A stretch of DNA of 64,000 nucleotides from the human T2T-CHM13v2.0 reference genome, Homo sapiens: NCBI RefSeq assembly GCF_009914755.1, contig NC_060932.1; one strand, 5' to 3'. The notes below the pieces were generated by a model, which saw only the letters and a program-made list of their open reading frames with translations, did not search any database and was not told the origin of the DNA. The position numbers and the translations under genes were made by a program. Positions 27,851-44,868 of this stretch are shown here, one piece after another. How positions within the stretch are numbered: position 1 is the first letter of the stretch; each line of letters opens with the position of its first letter.

Positions 27851-29361
27851 TCAGTAAAAATCCAGAGAGGGATGTATTTTTATTTGATAGGATTTAACAA
27901 ACTCATCCTAAAATAGAAGTAGAAATCTGAGGACAAAGGCTGGCAGGTATTCTTGAGGAGGAGCAGCTGGAGGGAGGCCATGGCGCTGGGGCAGGCAGAG
28001 AGCTCGGGACAGAGCCCAGAGTCCAGAGCCCAGAAACAGGCCCAGGGATGGGGGTGGCAGGAGACAGAGGGCAGGACACACTTCTCAATGACTTATGGCA
28101 GGCAACCACACACACCCAGGATTCAAGGAAATACAACCGAGCCCCACTACTGGAGACACTCCTCTGGATGAACATTCACTGTTCCGAGCCCCATCCAGCA
28201 CTCGGCATGATCACTCCGCTCACTGACGGTCCTGCAGGCCCCTGGAGGCGGGGTCAGGTCCAGCTCATCCTGCACACCCAGCACGGCGTGCGGCTTGGGC
28301 TGGGCGGATCTCTCAAGAGAAGGAGGCTGTTCGGTCATGCCAGTGAGGCAGTGCCCTGAGGGGCTACAATGCACACCCGTGGAGTCGGCTGGCAGACAAT
28401 CCTGGCCACCACTCAGGCCTCCGCCGCCCAGAGAGAGCATCCCTGGCCACCGGCTCGCAGCCCCCATGCCTCGGGGCCCAGTGCTGAGGGTGAGGAGGGG
28501 CCGATCTTGTGTAAAGCAGAGAAACTGGACCTCGTGGCTGTGGCAGCAGGATGGCACCTTGCTGCCTAATTCTAACACGGGGGGTCCCTTCCCTCCTCAA
28601 ACACACATGACCACGTATTTGGCAGTTAATTTTCTTTCTTTGTAAAACTGTGATAAAATACAGATAACATAAAATTGACCATTTCAACTAAGTGTTCAGT
28701 TCAGCGGCATTGAGTGTGTCCATGCTGTTGTGCGACCATCACCACCCTCTGTCCACAAATGATTTTCACTTCCCCAAAGTGAAACTGTACCTGTGAGGCA
28801 CTAACTTCCCAGCCAGCCCACGGAGCCACCTGGGGACCCTGCTCGCGGAGTCCCTGAATCTGGTCCTTCGTTTCGAGCCGGCGCAGGCACTGGAAAGTGA
28901 GCAAGCGTCCCTGCTTCTGCAGAGCCAGCTCTGCTGGCCACCCAGGTCTCAGGCTTGCCCTTGACCTCCCAAAAAAGATGACAGCCCAGGAGTTCATTTG
29001 CATGCATTCCGTCCACCAGTGGGGCCCCAGCCTCTAAGAGAGTGACCCATGTTGAAACGAAGGAAAAGGAGAACCACGGCCAAGCTGTTAGTGCTCGTTC
29101 TGCCAAGTTCTTAGTGGGGACAGCTCCCTCTTCAGTCGCCACCCAGGGAAAGGGCAGCGCCAAGCAGCACCCCGCACGGGGCCGGGGCCGCCTTGCAGAA
29201 GCCGGAGCGTGTTGCTAATGCCGAGAAGCAAGTGTCTGCCCCGTTTGCCTGTTTGCCCTTTTGTCATAATTCTGAGAGGTTCCCTCTTTTACAAATGTCA
29301 TCCTTTCATTAATTTCTAATTACACAGCTTTTGCCTTAATACATTCTCACCAAAAGTTTCA

Positions 29362-29742
<381 letters not shown>

Positions 29743-31479
29743 TCAAACCCACACTTCTGAGGCGCCCATTTTCCTACTCTGTGTCTTTGGGATCTTTCCT
29801 CCTAACTGTATACAATGTCGCCACTAGGTCTAGAACTACAGACACGGTAATCATGTGCCTTAGTGTTACCACCTAACCACTTGCTACTTAGTTGCCTGTG
29901 TTTCTGAGCTTGGAGGTCAGCCTGGGAGCCCCATTCCACTCCTGCTAAGCACCACACTGCATGCCCCAGCGCACTCCTCTAACCCACCACTTCCTACTGA
30001 TACTTAGATGGTGTCTTTTGTTGTTCTTTTTTTTTTTTCAGAGTAGTCATCCTATACATCTCCTTGAGATATAGAGACTGAGAAGGAGAACGGGTGGGTC
30101 AGAGGGTACACGATGTTTCTGCTTTAATACCTGCAATACCCGCACCAGACTGTCTTGTAAACAGGCAGGGTCCACCTGCATTCCCGTGAGTGGCTCATGC
30201 CCAGAGTCACAGAGCTCTAGGCGCAAGGCTGAGTGTGACACAGCCATGCTGCCTGGCCCCCTGCTCCACAGGCACAGGGCCATCGCATCTGCTGGTTCTT
30301 CTGGGGCCACTTGACGGAGCTCAAGACGAACAAGGAGGAAGAGGGGCAGGGGAAGGGAGAGGAGCCCACCTCCTCCTCGCAGCCCACCCGTGCTTCTCGG
30401 AACAGAGCATGGGGGCAAGGCCCACGTGACTTCAGCAAGGCTTAGGTCGTGTGGGCCTTGCCCCCATTCTTTCTCGGGGCTGGCTCAAGACTGGCTGTGT
30501 TGTGCAGCCACCTTGGTGCCCACAGCTGTACGGGACGCTCCTGGGAGGAAGGGTCTTGCTTGCACCAAACCCCACCCCGGCAGCCCCGGGAAAGGGGTGG
30601 ACTATACTGCAGGGCCTGAGGGCACTGAGGCTGCTTCACTGTGTAGTTGTCAGAATGTCACAGAGGTAACTGAGGTGCAAGGGCATTTTTCTCATGGCCT
30701 TGGATAAAGCCTCTGTGTTGGACTCATTAAACATCTACCCGGGGCATTGTACAAGGTTTTGGGAACTCACGACTAAGACGCCATCCTTGCTCTCACAGAG
30801 GCTGCAGTGTGGTAAGAGAAATGGGAAGGAGATGCTGAGCAGCACGACGGAGGAGCCCAGACTCATGATGGGCTCAGGGCCCCACCTTCGTCTCCCTTTC
30901 CACTCGGAGCTCCCCTCCAGCGGCGCTGACCATGAGCACCATCCACCTCCCCACTGGGGACAGGAGCCATGTCTGCCTCAGCCACCACTGCACCCCCAGG
31001 GCACTGCAACTGATGTGTGAGCGGGGGGTCTCAGGAAGGTGGGTCATGGGAGGAGGCAGGAGGTAGGCCAGGGCTCCCACACAGGTCTTGTGAGCACAAA
31101 CATTTTACTTCTGACATTTTCCTATGCTGTTTTGATTGATTATAATTTTGAGATAGGGCCTAAAGGTTCCTCCGTCTAGGCAGCCACTCTCAAGCTTGCT
31201 CATAGCCTAGCAGGTTGGCCTTGGCCCTGTGCATGCAGCTCTTGCCCTGCATTTGCTGCTTACCAACTGCGTGACCTGAGCCTGGCAGGCGAAACCACAG
31301 GAGTGTAGTAGCACAGTCCTGGAAAGACATCACGTTCTCATCACCCTCAGCTTCTTTCTGGTGTCAGATAACGAAGCCTTGGCCATGCCTAGTTTCGTAA
31401 AAGAAAGCTGCTTGTGTACTGTGGTCGATGGCCTAAGGGCCCCCCTGCTACCGCACCAGTCAACAGCCCAGAAAATGTG

Positions 31480-31907
<428 letters not shown>

Positions 31908-32649
31908 TTATGCTCTCATTCTGGTTCTAGGAGTACCCCCTAAATCACAGATTCACACAGGGTTCTATCCCAGGGAAACGCAAAAACAAACCAGCAGTCC
32001 CACTGATGGAGAGCCACACAGCAGTGAGATATACTAAAAGATCTAGGAAGACCTTTAGTAAAGAAAGCTGCTTAACCCAGTGGTGCACATAGTTTTTGTT
32101 CAGAAATACATGGTTTTAGTAAGTGCATATTTAAAGAACCTCATAGAACTCTCAACATACTCTGGACATGTTGAGTGAATCCAACTGTTTAGTTTTACAG
32201 ATATGAGAACTAAGTCCCCAGACATTCTCTCTCTTAGCATATTCAGAGTTCTGCAACCATCACCATGGCTTAGAACATTTTTACCACCCCCAAAATCAAC
32301 ACTATACTCAACAGCAGTCACTCCCCACCATTCCAGGAAAAGAAAAATTTACACAACCATTTATAATAGCATCCAAGAACATAGCATACTTTAGATTCAT
32401 AGTGACCACAATAAAAAATTCAAAGGGGCTTTCTAGCAGAAATTGATAAGTTATTTATATTTATTATTCTATATACTTGGAAAAGCAATAGATCTAGAAT
32501 AGCTAAAACAATTGTAAAGAACAACAAATTTGGAGGAATTATTTAATCGGATTTCAAGCCTTACCACTTAACTATAGTTAAAATGACCAAGAGTTCCTGG
32601 CCTAAAGACAACACAGAAGAGAATCCAGAAATAGATCCACCCACATATA

Positions 32650-32896
32650 CAGGTTGAGCACCCCTAATCTGAAAACCCCAAATCCAAAATGCTCCAAAAT
32701 CTGAAACTTTATGAGCACCAACATGACGCTCAAAGGAAATGCTCATTGGAGCATTTTGGGTGTCAGGTTTTCAGATCTGCAATGCTCAACTGGTAAGCGT
32801 AAGGGAAATATTCCAAAATTCAAATAAATAAATAAATAAATGAAAACTTGAAACACTTCTAGTCCTAAGCATTTTCAGTAAGGGATACTCAACCTG
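32650..32896 (+). mobile_element. Tigger4 (Zombi/MER46) element
   Basis: Terminal inverted repeats caggttgag...ctcaacctg flanked by TA. Confidence 0.82.
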
Positions 32897-33246
32897 TACA
32901 ATCAAATTATTTTTTTCAAAGGTCAACAGGTAAATCAGTGGGGAAAGAAAAGTATTTTCAACAGACCCTTACCTCACAACATACATAAAAATTAATTCAA
33001 GATGGATCGTGGACTAAATATGCAAGCAAAAACTATAATTCTAAAATAAAAACAGGAGAATATCTTTATGATCCCTAGGTAGGCAAAAATTTCCTAGAGA
33101 GAATACACTATGTAACAGCTATTTTTAAAAATTTATAAATTGGACTTCAACAAAACTAAAAAGTTCTACTCATTAAAAGAAAGACACCAACAGGAAGGTG
33201 AGATGACAAACTTTGGACTAGGAGAAAATATTCCCAGTATAGACTT

Positions 33247-34432
<1,186 letters not shown>

Positions 34433-35477
34433 ATGTACATCTAGAATATACTAAAAACTCTCACGGATCAATAACAAAAAGACAAGAAACTCAGTAAAAA
34501 AAAAAAAAAAAACAAAACAGGCAAAATACTTCAACACTTTGCTGGAAATAATATATCACTTAATCGATGAAAATAATATATAAACACATGGAAAGATGCT
34601 CAGCTCATCAGGTACCAGAGAAATGAAAATTAACCACAATGAGAAACCACTACTCACCCACCGAAACACACAAAAAAACACGCCTGACCACACCGCGTGC
34701 TGGTGGGGGTGGGTGGCCTCGGAAACACTCAGCGGAGCTGACGGGAGGAAAACGTGATGGGAGCATGGGAACACCATTTATTTGGCAGGTTCACATGCAG
34801 CTAAACACACAGCTGCCCTTCGGCCCAGCAATTCTACTCCTAGGTATTTATTTAAGAGAGACGAAAACACCTCCACAAAAAGAACTTCAACAAGAACGTT
34901 CACAGCAGTCTTATTCATAATGGCCACAGCCTAGACTGCCCATGTGTTTAAAAGGAAGATGAAAAACAGACTACGAAATAGGCAATAGAGTATTTAGCAA
35001 TAAAAATAAGCTACAAATACACACAACGGCGCAGGTGGGTCTCATAAATTCTGCTGAGTAAAAGCAGTCGGGATTGAGGGTGTGTCACTATACAGACCTG
35101 GAAACTAATCTATGTGACACACATCAGAATGCCGTGACTTCAGGGGCTGGGGGTAACCGGAAGAGGGTATGAGGCAACTTTCTAGGGTGATCAGTATATA
35201 CATTTGTCGAAATTCTTCCAGTTGTGCATTTACGATGTATGTATTTCACTATCCTGAAACTGTGTCTCAATACAAAAACTTGATATATATTTATATATAT
35301 TTTTTTTTCAATCCGTAGGTTTGACTCTGAAAAACTGTTTTTGAAAAGCAAATGCAGCTGAAACGTTCTGGAAAAAACCCAGATGGATCTGCTGAGAATT
35401 TCAGAGTTGATTAGTTTAAATGCCGTGTCTGTCCGCGCAGACCACTTACACAGGTCATGAAGGATGAAACGTAATAC

Positions 35478-35670
35478 CTGTTAACTCTCCTCGGGCACTT
35501 CTCTGGCTTGATATCCAATTCATAATGATAGATGTCAATTTTGGGGATGTCCATTTCGAAGAAATTGGCCTGTAATTTGATTGTTCTCCCGGAGGTCCCA
35601 AAGTCGGGTCTAGGTGGAGGCTTGAAGGCATATCCTTGGATGGGGGGCGGCGGCGCAGGAGGTGCAAGTG
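35478..35670 (-). CDS. AGO2: AGO2 exon 2 (193 nt; Pro-rich N-terminus and N domain)
   Basis: Acceptor ttccag|CACTT, donor AACAG|gtatta; encodes (A)[63 protein letters not shown](R). Confidence 0.98.
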
Positions 35671-36569
35671 CTGGAATGGCAGAGAGAACACCCATTAACG
35701 GGGGAGCAGGCTTGCTCTGCGGCCCTTCCCATCCCGCGGCCCCAAGCCACTATATGCCCCCCTCTGCTGTTTCCATTCACGTCCAGGCCAATATTGCATT
35801 CCACAGAGGAGGCGTCTCAACGTCAAGCCAATAATGTACTTAAAATGTATCATAACAACTCATTGGTGATCAAACTTGCTATGTCCATTCCTGTTCTTTC
35901 TTCCTGTCTCAGACACTGGAGAGATGAGGCAGCATGAATTACTAGCACGGGAGACAAGGCAAAGAGCCCAAAAGTGTCAAGGCGGTGCCCCTCCCTTGCT
36001 GCTGCTTAAACCGCTCGTTTACTCAGGAAGCGCTTTTTACTATGCATAAGCGGCAGAAACTTCATCCCAACTCAAGTTTTCAGTGGCTCCATATTAGTAA
36101 AGTTCAAAATGTAGATTTAGAAAAATAAACATTTTTCAATAATAGAACGCTTTCAATTTTCACTCAAATGTCTGTTTAAAAAAAGGACAACCCTTCTCCA
36201 TTTAAAAAAAATCACATGTACTTCAATCCCTATTGACATTCACTGGAAAGAAAAAGAACTCTACTAAAAATAATATGAGCTGTTCTTACTGTATTTCTGA
36301 CCTAGAAAAACTCAGAGACTCCTTGAATTATTTGCTTTTTTGTTTGTTTGTTTCCTATGAGAAAACTAACATGCTTTCAAGGTTATTAAACTCACTGAGT
36401 TACACCATTTGGAAATGGTTATGGCAGCATGGCCTTCCACCAAGTCGCCATGACTTCATAGATGACACATCTACAGACTTCCATGACACTCCACCCTTCA
36501 ATGGCACTCAGCGGGTGCCCCTGTGGGCTGGGCACCATGCCCTGGGCCAAGGCTACAAAAATAAAGTCA

Positions 36570-36873
36570 GGCTGGGTGCAGTGGCTCACACCTATAATCC
36601 CAGCACTTTGGGAGGCTGAGGCGGGTAGATTACCTGAGGTCAGGAGTTTGAGACCAGCCTGGCCAACATGGTGAAACCCTATCTCTACTAAAAATACAAA
36701 AATTATCTGGATGTGGTGGCACGTGCCTGTAGTCCCAGCTACTCAGGAGGCTGAGGCAGGAGAACCGCTTGAACGCGGAGGTTGCAGTGAGCCGAGATCA
36801 TGCCACTGCACTCCAGCCTGGGTGACAGAGCGAGACTCCATCTCTAAATAAATAAACAAAACAAACAAACAAA
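36570..36873 (+). mobile_element. Alu SINE (AluS-like)
   Basis: Full Alu with an (AAAT)/(AAAC) tail. Confidence 0.93.
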
Positions 36874-38646
36874 CTGAGTCCTCAAGCAGCGCCCATGCTG
36901 CCACCAGGGACAGTTTCCAGGTGTCAGTCATCCACAGGATGACGTCTGATGACTTTTCATAAGCTCAGCAGCTCACCAAGATCCTTCCCAGCAAGGACCC
37001 TGACCGTGACAGGGAGTGGACATCACAGTCCAGGTGGGTTCAGTGGAGACAGCCACTCCCTTGAGGACCGACTGAGCTTCTCTCTACGCCACACCGGAGT
37101 AGAACAAAGCACTTGCCAACACGTGGCCCTGTTCTCAGGTGGCTCCAACCACCCAGTGAGACGGCTCCCAGGAAACGTCTAGGACAGAGCCCGGGAATCT
37201 GGCCCTGTGGCCAATCTCGATTTCAGGGTCGGGCACGCTCCTCTCGGGGAGGAGAGTCACTGTCCTTCGGTGACTCCCAGCTTACAAGGTGCTCATGCAG
37301 TTACTTAACCGAGCCTCACAACCATACCACAAAGGGGCACACCGCTGGCTGCAAGAAGGTTTTGGGCTGGAACACGAGCTACTTGCAGGTGAAGCAAAGC
37401 TGCTGGGCCGGCTCCAAACCAGGCCCCTCCACCGGGCCCCCAAGCAGAGTCCAGGCACAGACGCAGCTCGGGCCCAGGGCTCAGGCTGACCCTATTTCTC
37501 CTAAGAAGCCTTCCCCGAGACTACCTCCTCTGCAACACCTGGCATGGGAGGCGGGAAACCTGCACGCAGCCTGGTACTAACCCCTGTGAATAAAGGCAAT
37601 GGGAAAACACAGCGGTAATTCATAAAACATGCAATTTCCTAAGATAGTTCTTTCTTGCTTCTAGCTTTCAATAATGAAAATACTGATACTTCACGTGAAG
37701 GCACGTGGAATATAAAATTACAAGTTAAAGATGTAAAAGTTTTCCAGGCAGAGGGGCCAGGGAAGGTCCACCTTCCCGTACCTTCAGGAAGGCAACTCCA
37801 CTGCCAAGGACGCCTCTGCAGGCCTTAGACCTTGGGGTGCCTGAAATCCACTCTGATCACTCACAGGGAGTCCCACGTGTAAGCTGCAGATACAAGCTGG
37901 AGGATCAAAGCCAAAGCGTGCAAGAGGAGACAGAGCAGAAGTGTGCAGACACAACCCCCATGCACGAGGAAGATGGGGATGACAAGAAGGGCACTGGATG
38001 CCCACCCTGGGCTGTGAGCCCCTGGCCCCGACAGGTGAATAATGCACCAAGGTGTGGACCACATGTACAAGAGGCCACAAGACACGGATGGGCCACATAC
38101 GCACTTGTCACATTTGACACGGATGGTTCCAAAAGGGAATTCTAACACCACCTAGGGATGCGCTCTCCATGTGCTCTCTGTTAAAGAAACGAAAGCCCAC
38201 AAGGAGGAGACATCTGGGATGCCTTCACCAAGAAGATGCCACCACACTGGCATTCACGGAGCAGGTCCTGGCTCCCACTGCCTGTCCAACAGCCGAGTCC
38301 CAAATCCCTGGCCTGCATCCAAGACTCGACCTCACCTCCCCACTACTTCCAGGCCCACTGGAAGCAGCCATCCTCCCCCATCTCCTCCATCCTCCAAGGA
38401 TGCTCCAAGGAGTAATCGAGGTTCCACCTCTCCGTGGACGCTCTCTCCAGACACCCCATGGGCACCTCCTCCCCAGGCCACAGGTGGCACGCCCTGCCAC
38501 ATGTCCTACCCAGTCTTATTTTAAATGGGCTTTAAATGGGCTTTCAGTTGCTTCCATAAGTGTTAGTCTTGTCTCTGCATTGAAGGTTGAAACCTTTGGG
38601 AACAGAAAGGCAAATCCTTTCATTCAGGAATCCCAGGATTCTAGCA

Positions 38647-39090
38647 CAGCGCACCTCAGTCACACTGCAGGCTCGGTTCCAGATTGCCACAATAAAGCAG
38701 GTCACACCAATGCTTTGGTGTCCCAGTGCATACAAAAGTTGTTTGCACTATACTGTAGTCTACCAAGTGTGTAATAGCATTGTGTGTAAATAATGTACAT
38801 ATCTTAATTTAAAAATACTTTATTGCTTAAAAAATGCTGACAGAGACACTAAGTGAGCACATGTTACTGGAAGAATGGCGCCAAAACAGTTCCTCAGGCT
38901 ACTACAAACATTCCATTTGTGAGGGAAGGAGGGAGGGAGTAAAGAAGGGAGTGAGGCAGGGAGAGAGGGAGGGAGGGAGGGAGGGAGGAAAGGAGGAAGG
39001 GAAGGAAGGAGGAAAGGAGGGAGGGAGGGAAGGAAGGAAGGAAAAAAGCATACATTCTTTGTGCAGGGCAATAAAGTAAGGTGTACCTGT
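38647..39090 (+). mobile_element. Internally deleted Tigger1 with both ends present
   Basis: One end reads gcaggctcggttccagattgccacaataaagc; the other reads gtgagcacatg...gcaataaagtaaggtgtacctg. Confidence 0.75.
38921..39047. repeat. Polypurine (GGAA/GGAG)n tract
   Basis: About 125 bp that is almost entirely G/A. Confidence 0.93.
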
Positions 39091-40721
39091 GGTTGGAAGG
39101 GACCTCAGCTGCTCCTGGGAGGGGCGATGGCTCCCCGGGGCCCAGGGCTGGCGGGCCCTCTGCACTTAAGGCCATACCCATTCCTTAGAGAGCGAGTTCG
39201 GAGGGCAAGGCCTGGAACCCAGCGCAGCGTCATGTACACAGCCGTGCCGTGTTCACTGAATCGGCATCACTCAGCACATTTGTTTAAGATTCCATTTTTA
39301 GAGCCGCATCTCACACAGTGAAAGGGAAAAATAGTGAATGAGTAATCGGCTTCCTGTGTGAGCAACTGGGTCACAGGGAACAAAAAATTTCAGTATACAC
39401 AGCGGACGTCAGCAGAGGTGGGCGGCAGGCGAGCCTCCTGCAGGAGCAGGCGGTCCCCTGAAGAAACTCCTTTCGGAGTTGGCTCCTCCCCGACTTTTCA
39501 GGGAGGGATGTGGAGCAGACTCTGTGCCACCTGCCCTGAGGGCCATCTAAGTAAGGGACAGGGATGGGGGAAAGTTGGTGCATGAAGAATAAAGTGCAGG
39601 CCTGCCAGGATTCCCCGCAGACGTGTACCCTGAGGCGGGGAGAGCAGCTGCAGAAATTCAGAGTCATTAAATAAATGAATAGCCCAGCTCTTCCGTGAAG
39701 CCGCTTTGGCTACCGGCGGGTGAACCACAGGCCCGGGTCAGCACCCATAGGCTGCGCAGCTGCCACCTGAGCTTGGGTGGCAGCCTCGCTGTGAGGCTGG
39801 CACAGGGGCCCAGGGCTGTCTCCTAGGAAGCCGGCCCAGTGCTCAGCACCCATGAATCAGGGGATGTAAACGGTTAAACATCTGCCACCCAAATGACATG
39901 CAAAGCTGTTTCCAGAGCTCCAAAGTGAGTCATTATTCAAAGCCATGCTTCCCGATGGTCCTCCTAGAACTCTGCATTCATTACACTGGGCATCAGCCAG
40001 AAAACGTGCAGGCCAAAGAAAGTGAGAAGGATAGCTCAGGGCTGCTAAACACTTCTGTGCCATACCCTGGGCCAAGCCAGGTGCAGATATGGTCTCTGTG
40101 ATGCCAGGACAGGATGCCCTGGCCAGGCAATGGCACAGCAGCCACCGAGATCCGTGCCATCAGCACGAGCCGCAGAACAGGACGGAGTGATGGCTCAGTG
40201 AGTACAGACCAGAGAGTAGATGCTATCAAGCTGTACTCTCCTGCTAAAATCAGGACACGAGGGTGACAACTCACCTGTTGTCTACACAAGCAAGCCTCCC
40301 TTATGGCCACCCAAGTTGACGCTAAACACAGTCATGGCAGCTTTTTTGGTGAAATGGACAGAGACGGTCTCAGAATGTGTGCTGGGAATGCAGTCGGAAC
40401 ATCTGCTCCTGTCAGCCGGAGTGCAGACAACTGTATGCTGTCTCCCATGCCAGGCCCGGGCCACCAATGAGCCCACGGTGAGCCAAAGTCAAAGCCTCAC
40501 CCAGCCCACGTTCACAGAGACGCGTCTGGCCCAGGCGTCACAGCTGTGCAGGGATGGCTGGAGCTGGGTCCCCAGCTGATGCGTTCTACCCCCTCCCCCC
40601 GGTCTGACTCCCAAACTGGGGCAAACTGACCTCGACAGGGGCTCTGGAGCCCCCCAGATCTGTGAGGACACACCAAAAGTCAAATGTGACAAGACGGGGA
40701 GGAAAAGGAACCCTCGCACTT

Positions 40722-40922
40722 TGGGGGTCCCAGGTCCCTGGCCACAGAAGCTGCCCAAACACGGACGCCGAGGAAGCGGAGGCACAGATGGGGGTCCCAG
40801 GTCCCTGGCCACAGAACCCATCCAAATACGGATACCAAGGAAGCAGAGGCACAGATGGGGGTCCCAGGTTTCTGGCCACAAAACCTGTCCGAAAACAGAC
40901 GCCGAGGAAGCGGAGGCACAAA
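40722..40922. repeat. Tandem repeat, 3 x 67 bp
   Basis: Units start at 40722, 40789 and 40856 (tgggggtcccaggtccctggccacagaa...ggaagcggaggcacaga). Confidence 0.93.
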
Positions 40923-42174
40923 CATGCCCCACGGTGGAAGGGAGTCAACAGAACCCACCTCGCTGGCCACCGGTCACCCACCTCCACAGGGGAGGCTGCT
41001 CCTGCCTCTAGCCAGAGCTCTGCATCAGGAAGGAAGAGTGTACCCTCCAGCCCTGAGCAGGAGCCACTGCATCAGTGCTCCTCGGAACCAGGGGCATCGT
41101 CTCAGGAGCCAGCTGATGCCACCAAGGGGGTCTCAGTGTGGCAACGGGGAGCTGGTGCACAGGCTCAGAGAATACGTTCTGGGGAATGCTGGCCATCGAC
41201 CAGAGCCCTAGGGCCCCTTTGCCCTGGGGACAGATCCTGCTGCAGCCTCAGGACCTCATGGGTCCCAGCTTAGGAAATGGCCCCTACCCCTCCTCCTGTG
41301 GGCATGGGGACACAGGATGTAGCCATCCACCACTGCTCCCTGGCTGCATCCACACGCTGAGAAGGAGCTTTTGCCTTCACTCCCTTGGGCCCACGGGAAG
41401 GCTGGGTCGGAATGAAGGAGGGAAGGAAGCTCTGGGTGCAGCTCTGGGTGCAGCCCCGGGTGGGGGCAGTCCTCACAGCGGGGGCAGCGGAGCTGTCCTC
41501 AGCAGCATCTTCGCACTTCTGTTGAGCACTTCTGTGTTCTGCAGGCGCGGTTCCTGGAAGGCTTTCGTTTCTGTTCTCCCTGAGTAGAAATTATTGGAGC
41601 ATTTCCAACCTGTCTCAGCCTGGTTCTTGGCAACACCAAAAGAATGGGCCATGGGAGGCAACGTGAGCAGGGGAGCAGTCACCCCAAAGGCAGGGGCTGT
41701 AGAAGGTGCTGGGCAAGGACAGCAGGGAGAACTCCCCCAGGGAAGACTGGAACGCTGCGCTGAGGCCGACACAGGCAGCCTGCGCCTCCAGATCAGACTG
41801 ATGATCACCCCTAAACCACTTGCTCCCCTCTTTTGGTTTAATGAGTAATAGCCTGAAAATATGTTAACCTTATTTTAGTGAGCAATACAGCGTGCACAGG
41901 AAGAGCATGACACACCCGTACAGTCTAGGACTGACTATAAACAAACACCTAAGCTCCCGCAGATGACTAACCATCAACACGGAATTTCCTGTTGGGGTTT
42001 TTTAAAATAAATGTTTGTGGTTCAACCTGAAACTGCAACCACCATTATCTCTTTGAGAAATGGTCCTGAAAGCCACCCCTGTGATCTTTACGAAGAAAAC
42101 TTTTCCCCATAAATTATGAATACATTTTTCCTCACAAGTCAAAAACATCCTCTTTGATCCACCATCTGTCTTTA

Positions 42175-42498
<324 letters not shown>

Positions 42499-43014
42499 TA
42501 CTATAATAAAGACAAAGAGGAATTAAAGGAATACTGGTAAAATGTAAGTTATCTCCTACAGAAACATTCCCCAATCGGGGCAACTGATGAGACCACAGCA
42601 TCTCAACCACCGGCCCTACCAAGACAGACCCGCACGCTGGTCCAGGGCTGCTCGAAGCCTGACACCTCTCAGTGGAGACATGAAGAATGCCTTATGCGTA
42701 CATTTCTCTGACTCTTCTCTACAGCCTTTTCTGGTTTCAACTCTAGATTTCTTTTGTGATTCCGACTCTGTATCTGCCTCTCCCACTAGAATGTAGGCAC
42801 TGCAATATAGCAAGGACTGTGTCTGTTTTTGTGCAACTGTTGACTGAATGAATACACAGATGAATAAAAGAATATCTTCTTGTTACACCAACTCTTAGTA
42901 AAAATGCCTTATGGGTTTATGACTCAATCCCAAGTGTTTTTAGGACAAAACCATAAGGTATCCATAGGAAGGCTATTACTCTACCTTTTACAAATAGTCT
43001 TTACTGTTTGTTTG

Positions 43015-43905
<891 letters not shown>

Positions 43906-44868
43906 TAGGAAAGTTAAAAAAAAAAAAAAAAAAACTTTGTGCCCTTTTACAGTAACTGATTCATCCTAGATACCTAGTACTTTTCTCAATATTTACATAA
44001 AATGTTTACTTCCCTTTTTAACATAAGTTCCCATAATTGAAGAAGCAATGGCCACCACCATTGTGTCAGGTACAATGCAGACCCCTTCAGGCAAATCAGC
44101 TCCTTTAATCCTTACCACGGGCAAGGCAGGCAGGATCCCCATCCTACAGATGTGGTCCGAGGTGTCTGACAGGCAGAGCTGGGATTCACACACAGCACTC
44201 ACGGCTACCAGAGCACACAAGCCTTGCCACCAAGCCACGCTGCCTTGAATCGATAACAACTATGCTTAAATCAAACAAAAGGAGCTGGAGGAACCAAATG
44301 CGTGACAATCCATCCTCACCAGGTTCACTCAGTTCCATCTGCGAGCACAGGAATACCTGCCCACCAGTGAGGTCTGCCGGTGCCAAGCCCTGCACTAAGG
44401 GTTTCCTAAACTCTACCTCAACGCACGATGCCACTCACCCTACACTGCCTGAGCACCTCCTACTCCTGCTCTCAGGGCGCTCGTCTTCAGAAGGGGGCAG
44501 GGAGGAAAACCATCACCATCTCCCTGAATGGGCAGGCAAGCCACTGGCAGCACTCGGGTTGGCTGGAGGGGGCTTGCCAGTTAAGGGGACAGGAGAGAAA
44601 TAACTCAGTCGGAACAATTTTCTGAATATTTGAAGGAAAAAAATAAGGTGAGCTCCCTCTCACATCCTATTACAAAATAAATTTCAAATAGAAACTGTAA
44701 ATAGATAGTATTTTTAAATGGAACAAAAATATCCACAGAAATATTTTAAAATTTAATAACCTTTTATAGTTTTGGGGTGGGAATGCTCTTTCTGGGATTA
44801 CAGGCATGAGCCACCGTGCCCGGCCCTCTTTCTTAGAACCAAAAAGAGGTTGCAAAAGGATGATTTTT

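Noticed and set aside
42619-42799. Possible 181-nt cassette exon in intron 1 (tattgcag acceptor, TTG|gtaggg donor)
   Set aside because: Both sites are only moderate and such pairs are common in long introns; it cannot be supported without junction data.
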